A stretch of 32,000 nucleotides of DNA from Schaalia odontolytica (GTDB lineage: Bacteria; Actinomycetota; Actinomycetes; Actinomycetales; Actinomycetaceae): the NCBI RefSeq assembly GCF_005696695.1, contig NZ_CP040006.1, positions 1,290,001 through 1,322,000 on the forward strand. Reading direction: 5' to 3'. Numbering within the stretch: the stretch's first letter is position 1; each line of letters begins with the position of its first letter. The notes beneath the pieces are model-generated. The model saw nothing but the letters and a program-made list of their open reading frames with translations. It made no database searches and was not told where the DNA came from. The translations under genes were made by a program, and so were the position numbers. Positions 17,374-25,542 of the stretch are shown piece after piece.

Positions 17374-19022
17374 GCCAGCACCTCCCGGGCTCTCTCCTCG
17401 GCCGCCGCCAGCTTGTCGATGAGAACCTTGTCGGAAGCCCGATCGAGGCTCGCGCTCACCGGGGCAACGACATCCGACAGAGACTCTGCGGCGAGGCGTT
17501 CGAGCGCCGCACGAGCCTGCTCGGCCAGCGATCGAACCGTGCGTTCGCCGAAATAGGCTTCCAGGATTGTCTGGGACAGGGCGGCCGATGCCCCGGCGAT
17601 ACCGACTTCAACACCGGTGAGACCACCGGTCATCGTAAACGCGGCCACCATCAGCGAGACCGTCACGACGTTGATGCCGCCCGCAAGCATGCGCCCACTG
17701 ACGCGCGAGGACTCGGCCTGGCCACGAATGATCTGCGTGACCTCGCGTGTCCACTCCTGCGCGACTGTGCGTGCGCGCTGCTCCGCAGCATCGACGTCGA
17801 GCAGCTCATCGAACGAAGACGTATCGACGACGATACGCGCCCTGCGCAGGGACTCACCCCACGCCCGGTGGTATTGGTCCGCCAAACGCTGCGCAAGGCC
17901 TCCGGTCAGATCGCGCTGCACCTGAACGTCCGGCGCTGCCTGTCCACGGAGTGCACCCATCACGCGCGAGCTCAAACCAGAAAACACACGCGAGACGGTC
18001 TTGGACATATCCCACGAGCCCAGTACCTCGGCGATGCGTGCGCTTACTTCACCGCGCAGTACGTCATCACTCGACGAGGAGGACACTTCCCGGGCATAGG
18101 AAGAAACGAGCTGCTCGATATCGCCGGCTGCGGCCTCGAACTCGCGGTTGCGTTGCCTCGCAGCCTCCAGTGCGCGCGTCGTCTCCTCCAACGACGAGGC
18201 GACGGCCCCGGACAGCGATCGACGCACGATAGCGGCACGTTCCTCGGTATCGCGTCCGATTTCCTCCAGGTAGGAGCCGATCGGCGCGATTGCTTCCGCG
18301 GGCAGGCGCCCGTCGCTGAGCGGCTGTTCCTCGACCGTATGAATCGCGACCTCACCCAGGCCACGCCGGCGAGCCAACGAGGCCAGATCCTCGCGAATTT
18401 CCTGCGCTGCCCCGGCGGGGACGCGGTTGAGCACGATGGCGACACGCAATCCGCGGCTCGCGGCTTCCTCCAGGTGCTTCCACGCCACCGCATCCGCGTA
18501 GCGGGCCGCGGTCGTGACAAACACCCACAGATCTGCACCGTCGAGCAGCTCCGCAGCCAGGCGACGGTTTTCGTCCTCGACGGAATCAATGTCCGGGGCG
18601 TCCACAATACCTACGGCGGGCCACAGCGTCTCCTCGACAGCGATCGTGATCGCGTCGAGGCTATCCCCACCCGAGCCCTCGCTCTTCGCCAGTCTCGGCA
18701 GCACTCGGTCCGACATGAACCAGTCGCGTGCCTTGGGCGCGCAGACCAACACGGGGCGCCGAGTCGTCGGACGCACCGCGCCCGCCCGACTCACGTTTCG
18801 GCCAAGCAACGAATTGACGAGCGTCGACTTACCGGACCCCGTCGAGCCACCGACGACCACGAGCACAGGTGCATCCGCGTCCTCGAGGCGCGGCAACACG
18901 ACGTCCTGCAGGCGTCGCAGCGCGCGCTCCGCGTCGCCACGACTCCCGTCCGGAATGGCATGGAGCGTTTCCTCGAGGGCATGCGCCAGCGAGCGAGCTG
19001 CTTCAACCGCCGTGAGGGACAC
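17370..19022 (-). CDS. P-loop GTPase, dynamin-like/HSR1-like family, with a C-terminal hydrophobic Gly-rich segment (paralog A)
   Basis: 550 aa. G1 VVVGGSTGSGKSTLVNSL (about 18825-18854), VRPTTRRP, IVDAPDIDS, TTAARYADA, LNRVP. Long helical region, then the hydrophobic segment MLAGGINVVTVSLMVAAFTMTGGLTGVEVGIAGASAAL. The GTG start at 19022 directly abuts the hisS stop codon. Confidence 0.85.
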   Translation of the reverse strand: MSLTAVEAARSLAHALEETLHAIPDGSRGDAERALRRLQDVVLPRLEDADAPVLVVVGGSTGSGKSTLVNSLLGRNVSRAGAVRPTTRRPVLVCAPKARDWFMSDRVLPRLAKSEGSGGDSLDAITIAVEETLWPAVGIVDAPDIDSVEDENRRLAAELLDGADLWVFVTTAARYADAVAWKHLEEAASRGLRVAIVLNRVPAGAAQEIREDLASLARRRGLGEVAIHTVEEQPLSDGRLPAEAIAPIGSYLEEIGRDTEERAAIVRRSLSGAVASSLEETTRALEAARQRNREFEAAAGDIEQLVSSYAREVSSSSSDDVLRGEVSARIAEVLGSWDMSKTVSRVFSGLSSRVMGALRGQAAPDVQVQRDLTGGLAQRLADQYHRAWGESLRRARIVVDTSSFDELLDVDAAEQRARTVAQEWTREVTQIIRGQAESSRVSGRMLAGGINVVTVSLMVAAFTMTGGLTGVEVGIAGASAALSQTILEAYFGERTVRSLAEQARAALERLAAESLSDVVAPVSASLDRASDKVLIDKLAAAEERAREVLA

Positions 19023-20375
19023 TCAGTCGGTCACCTTCTCGATAGTGGGGACCGCGTCGGCCTCGGGTAGGACCCACGTGTGCGGATCGGCCTCCACCTG
19101 CTCGCCACTGCGAATGTCCTTCACCGTGTCAGCGCTGCCCTCCTCGCCCGGGAACCAGACGAAGGGGATGCCGCGCTTATCGGCGAACTTGATCTGCTTG
19201 CCGAACTTTGCAGCGCTGGGAGCAACGTCTGTTGAGATGCCGCGCGAACGCAGCACAGCGGCAATCGCCTCCGAGCGCTCACGCTGTTCCTCCGCGATGA
19301 CCGCGATGACGACCGCCGTAGGCACCTTGCGAGAGGCCCTCACCATCGGCGCAGAAATCATGCGCGACACAAGGCGCGAGACGCCGATAGACAGGCCGAC
19401 GCCCGGGTAGGTGCGCTTGCCGTCCTTCGCCAGGGAGTCGTAGCGTCCGCCCGAGCAGATCGAGCCGAGGTCCTCATGGCCTTCGATCTCCGACTCGTAC
19501 ACGCTGCCCGTGTAGTAGTCGAGGCCACGAGCGATCTTGAGGTCCGCGACGACCGCACCCGGCATCCGCTTGTTCGCGGTATCGAGGAGCTCGGTCAGCT
19601 CCTTCAGGCCCTCGTCCAGCAGTTCGCCGCCCACACCGAGCTCGGCCAGACGCGCGCGCACCTCGGAAGAGTCAGACGTGCGAATCTGCGCCATCTGGAG
19701 CAGAACGGATGCCTGGTCGCCGTCGATGCCGGACTGAGCCAGCTCGGCGGCCACACCCTCCGGGCCGATCTTGTCGATCTTGTCCAGGCCGCGCAGGGCA
19801 GCCTCAACGTCCGTGACCCCGAGGGATTCACACACGCCCTGAACGACCTTGCGGTTGTTCACGAGCACGCGCACGGGCGGGATCGGCAGGTTGTTCAGAG
19901 CCTCGGCCATCACCAGCGGCAGGTCCACCTCGAAGTGGAACGGCAGCTCGCCGTTACCCACGACGTCGATATCCGCCTGCGTGAACTCGCGGAAGCGACC
20001 GTCCTGGGGACGCTCGCCGCGCCACACCTTCTGGATCTGGTAGCGCTTGAACGGGAAATCCAGCTCGTTCGCGTTCTCGACCACGTAGCGGGCGAAGGGA
20101 ACGGTCAGGTCGAAGTGCAGACCCATGCCCTTGTCCTTGGGAGCGCGTGCGCCCGCCGCCGCAGCCTTCAGGGCCTGCAGGCGGTCGAGCACGTAGATCT
20201 CCTTGGAGGTCTCGCCCTTTGCTTCCAACTGCTCGAGGGTCTCGACCGCACGGGTTTCGATGCCCGCGAAGCCGTGCAATTCAAACACGCGACGCAGCTC
20301 GTCGAGGACGTGCATCTCAATGATGCGGCCCTCCGGGAGCCATTCGGGGAAACCTGACAGGGACGTGCGAGCCAT
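19023..20375 (-). CDS. hisS: Histidine--tRNA ligase
   Basis: 450 aa. The N-terminal GFPEWLPEGRIIE...FAGIETRAVE and FKRYQIQKVWRGERPQDGRFREFTQADIDV (class II motif 2) and GGRYD (motif 3 region), plus a C-terminal anticodon-binding domain, are typical of HisRS. Confidence 0.93.
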   Translation of the reverse strand: MARTSLSGFPEWLPEGRIIEMHVLDELRRVFELHGFAGIETRAVETLEQLEAKGETSKEIYVLDRLQALKAAAAGARAPKDKGMGLHFDLTVPFARYVVENANELDFPFKRYQIQKVWRGERPQDGRFREFTQADIDVVGNGELPFHFEVDLPLVMAEALNNLPIPPVRVLVNNRKVVQGVCESLGVTDVEAALRGLDKIDKIGPEGVAAELAQSGIDGDQASVLLQMAQIRTSDSSEVRARLAELGVGGELLDEGLKELTELLDTANKRMPGAVVADLKIARGLDYYTGSVYESEIEGHEDLGSICSGGRYDSLAKDGKRTYPGVGLSIGVSRLVSRMISAPMVRASRKVPTAVVIAVIAEEQRERSEAIAAVLRSRGISTDVAPSAAKFGKQIKFADKRGIPFVWFPGEEGSADTVKDIRSGEQVEADPHTWVLPEADAVPTIEKVTD

Positions 20376-20402
20376 TGAGCGTTCTTTCTATGAGGAAGGT
20401 GG

Positions 20403-21122
20403 TTAGCCGATGCGACGAGCGCGAATCAGATACTGGTTTGAGCGTATCTCATCTGCGAGCGTCGTCGCCGGGCCGTGTCCGGGAACAAGGACGGTGCGAG
20501 GATCAAGAGCGTTGGAAATCGTGCGCAAAGAATGTCGCATTTGAGTTTCGTCGCCCCCGGGCAGGTCGGTGCGCCCGACGCTGTCTTTAAACAGCACGTC
20601 TGCGCTCATCGCCCACGGAACCGCCTCGTCGGAAGAGTAGAAGGACTGGTTGTTGACCCGGATATCGAGCGGGCTCTCCCCCAGGAAGACGGCCGATCCC
20701 TCGGTATGGCCGGGTGCGGGAACCATGCGTAGCCACACGCCGGGGCACATCTCAAACGAATCTGAGGGCACCTCACGCAGGTCGGCGGGCTTGACCCACT
20801 GCCCCACGAAGTCGGGCAGGGGCATCGGCAGGAACGAGGCCGGGTCATCCATGCGGTACATGTCGGGTCCCGGCACGTACACGGGAACGGTGCCTCCGTC
20901 CGCGCCCCAAGTGGACACCGCGGCTGCGTCCCAGACGTGGTCGGGGTGTCCGTGTGTCAGAAGCACCGCGCCCACGCTGACACCCTCAAGCTCGAGGACC
21001 TCGCGGATCAGGTGTTGGATTCCCGCTGAAGGGTCGACGACAAGGGCAGTGCCCGCCCCGGAAGGGACGAGCACAAGCCCATTCGCCGCGTAGAAAGGCG
21101 ACGGAATGACGTGAAGACGCAT
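20403..21122 (-). CDS. MBL-fold metallo-hydrolase (glyoxalase II-like)
   Basis: MRLHVIPSPFYAANGLVLV...LLTHGHPDHVWD carries the HxHxDH metal motif. Start at the ATG at 21122, one nt after the stop of the upstream gene. The track ORF extension to 21458 overlaps the DUF349 gene and is Arg/Pro/Ser-rich nonsense. Confidence 0.88.
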   Translation of the reverse strand: MRLHVIPSPFYAANGLVLVPSGAGTALVVDPSAGIQHLIREVLELEGVSVGAVLLTHGHPDHVWDAAAVSTWGADGGTVPVYVPGPDMYRMDDPASFLPMPLPDFVGQWVKPADLREVPSDSFEMCPGVWLRMVPAPGHTEGSAVFLGESPLDIRVNNQSFYSSDEAVPWAMSADVLFKDSVGRTDLPGGDETQMRHSLRTISNALDPRTVLVPGHGPATTLADEIRSNQYLIRARRIG

Positions 21123-21123
21123 G

Positions 21124-22458
21124 TCACTCCATGGAAGAGGAGATCTGCGCGAGCCAGGCGCGCTTGGTCTCGAGAGCCTCGCGCACGTTCCTGGCGGCCT
21201 TCTCGTCACCCTTGGCCTCGGCCTCGGACAGGGAACGCTCGAGCTGAGCGATCTGCTCCTCAAGCTGACCGACCATGCCAGCCGCGCGTGCGCGCGTCTC
21301 GGGGTTGGTGCGGCGCCATTCCTTTTCTTCGGCCTCGCGGACCGCGGCCTCGACGGCGCGCAGACGCCCCTCGATGCGGTGCAGGTCGGCGGACGGCACG
21401 CGGCCCACCTCTTCCCAGCGGTCCTGGATCTGACGGAGCTGAGCCTTCGCGCGATCAATGTCGGTCACCGGCAGGATGGCCTCAGCGTCAACGAGGATCG
21501 CTTCCTTCGCGACGAGGTTGTCGCGGTACTCCGCGTCGGTGGCCTCATCCTTGGCGCGGCGAGCGTCGAAGAACACCTGCTGGGCGGCGCGGAAACGAGC
21601 CCACAGCGCGTCGTCTTCCTTACGCGAAGCGCGCGGGGCGGCCTTCCAGCGGTTCATGAGCTCACGGTACGCACCGGAGGTACGCGACCAGTCCACGGAC
21701 GAGGACAGAGCCTCGGCCTCAGCGATCAGGGCTTCCTTCACTCGCTTAGCCTCGGACTGGGCCTGATCGAGCTGCGAGAAGAACTGGCGGCGGTGACGGT
21801 CGAACTGGGTGCGAGCGGAGGAGAAACGCTTCCACAGCTCATCCTCGATGGCCTTCTCCAGGCGCGGACCGCGGCGCTGCAGGTTCTTCCACTCGTCGAG
21901 GAGGTCGCGCAGGGTCTGACCCGACTGCTTCCAATGGGTCTTGGCGGGATCCTGGGCAACAATAGCCTCGGCGCGCTCAACGACGGAGGTGCGCTCGGCG
22001 AGAGCGGCAGCCTTGGCGGCCTTGCGCTCCTCGCGGGCGATTTCCTTGCGCTCCTCGGCGGCCTTCTCAACCGCCGCAACGCGCTCACGCAACGCCGGGA
22101 TATCTCCGATGACGTTCGGGGAGGCGACCTGCTCGCGCAGCGTTGCGAGAGTCTGGTCGATATCGCGCGGGCTCAGCGTGCCCAGGCGATCCTCAAAAAG
22201 CTTGATGGTGGCTTCGAGGTCTGCGTAGCGACGCTCGTACAGAGCGTAGGGAGAAGCAGGAATGCCCTCGGGGAAGCCGCCGATAACGCGCTCCTCGTCT
22301 CCATCCTTGACATACACAGTGCCGTCCTCGCCGATACGGGCGAAGGGGTGCTCGGGCACCTCAGAAGCAGCGATCGTCGTCGAGACCGCGGCCTCCTCAA
22401 TCGTCGACGGGGCAGCTTCGGGAGCGGTTTCGTTATTCGGAATCGGCGTCGTGGTCAC
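21124..22458 (-). CDS. DUF349 repeat protein (function unknown)
   Basis: About 444 aa with three helical repeats of the DUF349 type (WKRFSSARTQFDRHRRQFF, LWARFRAAQQVFFDARRAK, RWEEVGRVPSADLHRIEGRL). Start placed at the GTG at 22458, preceded by AGAAGGA; the track ORF starts 19 codons upstream. Confidence 0.85.
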   Translation of the reverse strand: MTTTPIPNNETAPEAAPSTIEEAAVSTTIAASEVPEHPFARIGEDGTVYVKDGDEERVIGGFPEGIPASPYALYERRYADLEATIKLFEDRLGTLSPRDIDQTLATLREQVASPNVIGDIPALRERVAAVEKAAEERKEIAREERKAAKAAALAERTSVVERAEAIVAQDPAKTHWKQSGQTLRDLLDEWKNLQRRGPRLEKAIEDELWKRFSSARTQFDRHRRQFFSQLDQAQSEAKRVKEALIAEAEALSSSVDWSRTSGAYRELMNRWKAAPRASRKEDDALWARFRAAQQVFFDARRAKDEATDAEYRDNLVAKEAILVDAEAILPVTDIDRAKAQLRQIQDRWEEVGRVPSADLHRIEGRLRAVEAAVREAEEKEWRRTNPETRARAAGMVGQLEEQIAQLERSLSEAEAKGDEKAARNVREALETKRAWLAQISSSME

Positions 22459-22506
22459 GATATTCCTTCTGAGACGAGGGCTTACGCCCGGCGCGGGTGC
22501 GTGCCG

Positions 22507-22535
22507 ATGTGACACACACAGCTAGTGTGTCACAT
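22507..22535. promoter_or_regulatory. Perfect 11-bp inverted repeat with 7-bp spacer (candidate operator or RNA hairpin) upstream of the DUF349 gene
   Basis: ATGTGACACAC-acagcta-GTGTGTCACAT. Both arms are exact reverse complements. It lies 49 nt upstream of the proposed DUF349 start and about 90 nt downstream of the rel stop. Confidence 0.4.
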
Positions 22536-22623
22536 CTAACGAGCAGGGGAAAGCTCATCACACAAAAGGGGACGGATGTAACACCCTTTTCGCGCGAATC
22601 GACGTAAGCCGCCCGCGCCTCGT

Positions 22624-24924
22624 CTATGAATCGGCGCCGATGCGCACCGCCTCGAAGACTCCGTCGACCCGACGAAGGGCGGACAGGACCGCGTTCAGGT
22701 GTCCGAGGTCGGCCAGTTCGAATGAGAAGTTACCCGAGGCGACCTGGTCACCGTCGGTCTTCAGCGCGGCGGCAAGAATGTTGACGCGATAGTCGGACAG
22801 CACGCGCGTCAGATCCGAGAGCAGTCCGCCGCGATCAAGGGCGCGCACCTCAATCTGCACGCGGAACGGAGCGCCCAGCCCCTTCTCGTTCCAGGACACG
22901 TCGACGAAGCGCTCGGGCTGCAGCTGTCCGAGACGCACAGCGTTCGCGCACGTACTGCGATGCACCGAGACACCCTGGCCTCGGGTAATGAAGCCGACGA
23001 TGTCGTCTCCGGGCACCGGCGTACAGCACTTGGCGAGCTTGACCCAGATCTCGTTCGGACTCAGACCGGCGACGGTGATCGCCGCATCGCCCGAGGCCTC
23101 GGAGCGTGGCTTCTGAGAACCGGGGGTCACGGCCTCGGACAGCGTCTCCTCAGTGCCGTCTCCCCCACCCAGGTTGTCGACGAGCTTGGAGACGACGTTT
23201 TGCGCGGAGATATGGCCCTCGCCGACAGCTGCGTACAGGCCGGACACGTCCGGATAGCCGAAAGACGTCGCGACCGACAGGATCGACTCGTGGCTCATGA
23301 GGCGCTGGAGCGGCAGGTTCTGCTTGCGCATCGCGCGGGCAAGCGCCTCCTTTCCGGCCTCCACAGCTTCCTCGCGGCGCTCCTTCGAGAACCACGCCTT
23401 GATCTTGGAGCGCGCACGCGGAGAGGCGACAAAGGCCAGCCAGTCGCGCGAAGGTCCGGACTTATCCGACTTGGAGGTCACGACCTCGACCGTCTCGCCC
23501 GACTCGAGGCGCGTATCCAGGGAGACGAGGCGGCCGTTGACCTTCGCGCCCACCGTGCGGTGGCCGACCTCCGTGTGCACCGCATACGCGAAGTCGACGG
23601 GCGTCGAACGCGCCGGCAACACGATGACCTGGCCCTTCGGCGTAAACACGTAGACCTCGTCACCGGCGATCTCGTAGCGCAGCGAATCGAGGAACTCCTC
23701 AGGATCGCCCGTCTCGCGTTCCATCTCGACCAAAGCGCGCAGCCAGTTCGCCTGCTCGTCAGAGCTCATGCGGTCCGCATCGCCACTCGAGGCGTTGGGG
23801 TTCTGCTTGTACTTCCAGTGCGCGGCGACGCCGTGCTCGGCGCGCTCATGCATGTCGAAGGTACGGATCTGGATCTCCACCGGCTTGCCACCGGGTCCGA
23901 TGACCGTCGTATGCAGCGACTGGTAGAGATTAAACTTCGGCATCGCGATGTAGTCTTTGAAGCGGCCGGGAATCGGGTTCCAGCGCCCATGCAGTGCCCC
24001 GAGCACGCCGTAGCAATCCTTGATCGACTCCACCAGGACGCGCACAGCCACCAGATCGAAGACCTCATCGAAGGCCTTTCCGCGCACGATCATCTTCTGG
24101 TAGATCGAGTAGTGGCTCTTCGGACGGCCACTCACCGTCCCCTTCGTGCCCGAACGACGCAAATCCTCTTCGATCTGGTCGATGACATCTCGCAGGTATT
24201 CTTCGCGCTGGGGTGCCCTCTCCGTGACGAGGCGGTCGATCTCCTCGTAGATCTCCGGGTACAGCGTCTTAAACGACAGCTCCTCAAGCTCCCACTTCAC
24301 CATGTTCATGCCGAGGCGATGAGCCAGGGGCGCGTAAATCTCCAGCGTCTCCTTCGCCTTCTTTGCCGCCGACTTGGCAGGCACGAAACGCCACGTGCGG
24401 GCATTGTGCAGGCGATCGCCGAGCTTGATGAGCAGAACGCGAATATCGCGGCTCATCGCGACAAGCATCTTGCGTAGCGTCTCGGACTGGGCAGCGGCCC
24501 CATAGTGCACCTTATCGAGCTTGGTGACACCGTCAACGAGGTTGGCGATCGCCTCGCCATACTCGGCAGCGAGCTGTTCGAGCGTGTAGTCCGTGTCCTC
24601 AACCGTGTCATGCAGCAGCGCTGCGACAAGCGTCGGGGTCGTCATGCCCATCTCCGCCAGGATGGTCGCAACGGCGACCGGATGGGTGATATACGGTTCA
24701 CCGGACTTGCGCATTTGCCCGCGGTGGTGTTCCTCGGCAGTGCGGTAGGCCCGCTCGACGACACTGATATCCGCCTTCGGATGGTTCGCCCGCAAGGCGC
24801 GCACAAGCGGCTCAATCTCGGGGATTGTGGCGCGTCCGCGTGAGCCAAACCAAACGAGGCCAGAGCGCACTCGGGAACCGGCCGCGGGAAGTGCGGATCC
24901 TGAAGTCATGTCGTCGCTGCTCAT
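22624..24924 (-). CDS. rel: Bifunctional (p)ppGpp synthetase/hydrolase Rel (RSH long form)
   Basis: 766 aa. HD hydrolase domain ([20 protein letters not shown]...LLHDTVEDT), synthetase domain ([26 protein letters not shown].AAHW), TGS domain ([29 protein letters not shown]) and a C-terminal ACT-like domain. Collinear with mycobacterial Rel. Confidence 0.95.
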   Translation of the reverse strand: [766 protein letters not shown]

Positions 24925-24942
24925 GGCCCCATGATAGCGACG

Positions 24943-24987
24943 AACGAGCGGGTCCGGGGATCGTGGCGATCCCGGGACCCGCTCGTT
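24943..24987 (-). other. Very stable GC-rich hairpin in the apt-rel intergenic spacer
   Basis: AACGAGCGGGTCCgGGGATCG-tgg-CGATCCCgGGACCCGCTCGTT gives 13 bp, one mismatch, then 7 bp, with a 3-nt loop. It fills most of the 78-bp gap. No U tract follows on the coding (minus) strand. Confidence 0.6.
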
Positions 24988-25002
24988 GTCAAGAAACGAC
25001 GC

Positions 25003-25542
25003 TTAGAGGTGTAGCGCGCTCTCCACCGTGACGTCCGTCAGCACCGAGCGACCGCCCAGCGCATCGAGTTCCAGGAGAACGGCCACGGCCTCGACGGACG
25101 CACCGCACTGACGCAACAGCTTCACCGCCGCGTTCGCGGTGCCGCCCGTCGCGAGCACGTCGTCGATGATGAGGACGCGCTGGCCCTCGTGGACCGACTC
25201 GGGGTGCATTTCCATGCGCGCCGTGCCGTACTCGAGTTCGTAATCGACTCCGATCACGTGGCCGGGCAGCTTGCCGGCCTTGCGGATCGTCAGCATTCCG
25301 AGGCCAAGCTCGGCGGCCACGGGGGCGCCGAGGATGAAGCCACGCGATTCAAGACCCGCGACTGCGTCGATGCGACCCTCGTAGCGAGCGCCGATCAGCT
25401 CAACCAGTTCCTTGAATGCCGGGCCGTTCGCAAACAGCTCCGTGATATCGCGGAACAGGACGCCAGGTTCCGGAAAATCCGGGATTTCCAGCATGTTGCT
25501 TCGCACCAGAGTGGCGATGCGCTCGCCAAGCTCACCGATCAT
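25003..25542 (-). CDS. apt: Adenine phosphoribosyltransferase
   Basis: 179 aa. PRPP-binding motif VLIIDDVLATGGT. FRDITELF and ESRGFILG are typical of Apt. ATGA overlap with the secF stop. Confidence 0.95.
   Translation of the reverse strand: MIGELGERIATLVRSNMLEIPDFPEPGVLFRDITELFANGPAFKELVELIGARYEGRIDAVAGLESRGFILGAPVAAELGLGMLTIRKAGKLPGHVIGVDYELEYGTARMEMHPESVHEGQRVLIIDDVLATGGTANAAVKLLRQCGASVEAVAVLLELDALGGRSVLTDVTVESALHL

Noticed and set aside
21123-21458. N-terminal extension of the MBL hydrolase ORF (track start at 21458)
   Set aside because: The extension overlaps the DUF349 C-terminus in another frame and is Arg/Pro/Ser-rich. The conserved MBL fold begins at MRLHVIPS (the ATG at 21122), directly after the upstream stop.
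21121-22512. 463-aa + strand ORF that exactly mirrors the DUF349 gene
   Set aside because: The DUF349 gene is rich in GAG/GCC/CGC codons, whose complements lack stops. The + strand product is Leu/Gly/Arg low-complexity with no motifs and no start context.
22507-22535. CRP/GlxR-type site, because of the TGTGA and TCACA half-sites in the inverted repeat
   Set aside because: The half-sites are 16 nt apart instead of 6, and the flanking positions do not fit TGTGANNTANNTCACA.
22564-22590. AAAAGGG...CCCTTTT hairpin downstream of rel as an intrinsic terminator
   Set aside because: Only three G-C pairs, a 13-nt loop, and the A and U tracts pair with each other. It is too weak to call and may contribute to termination only marginally.
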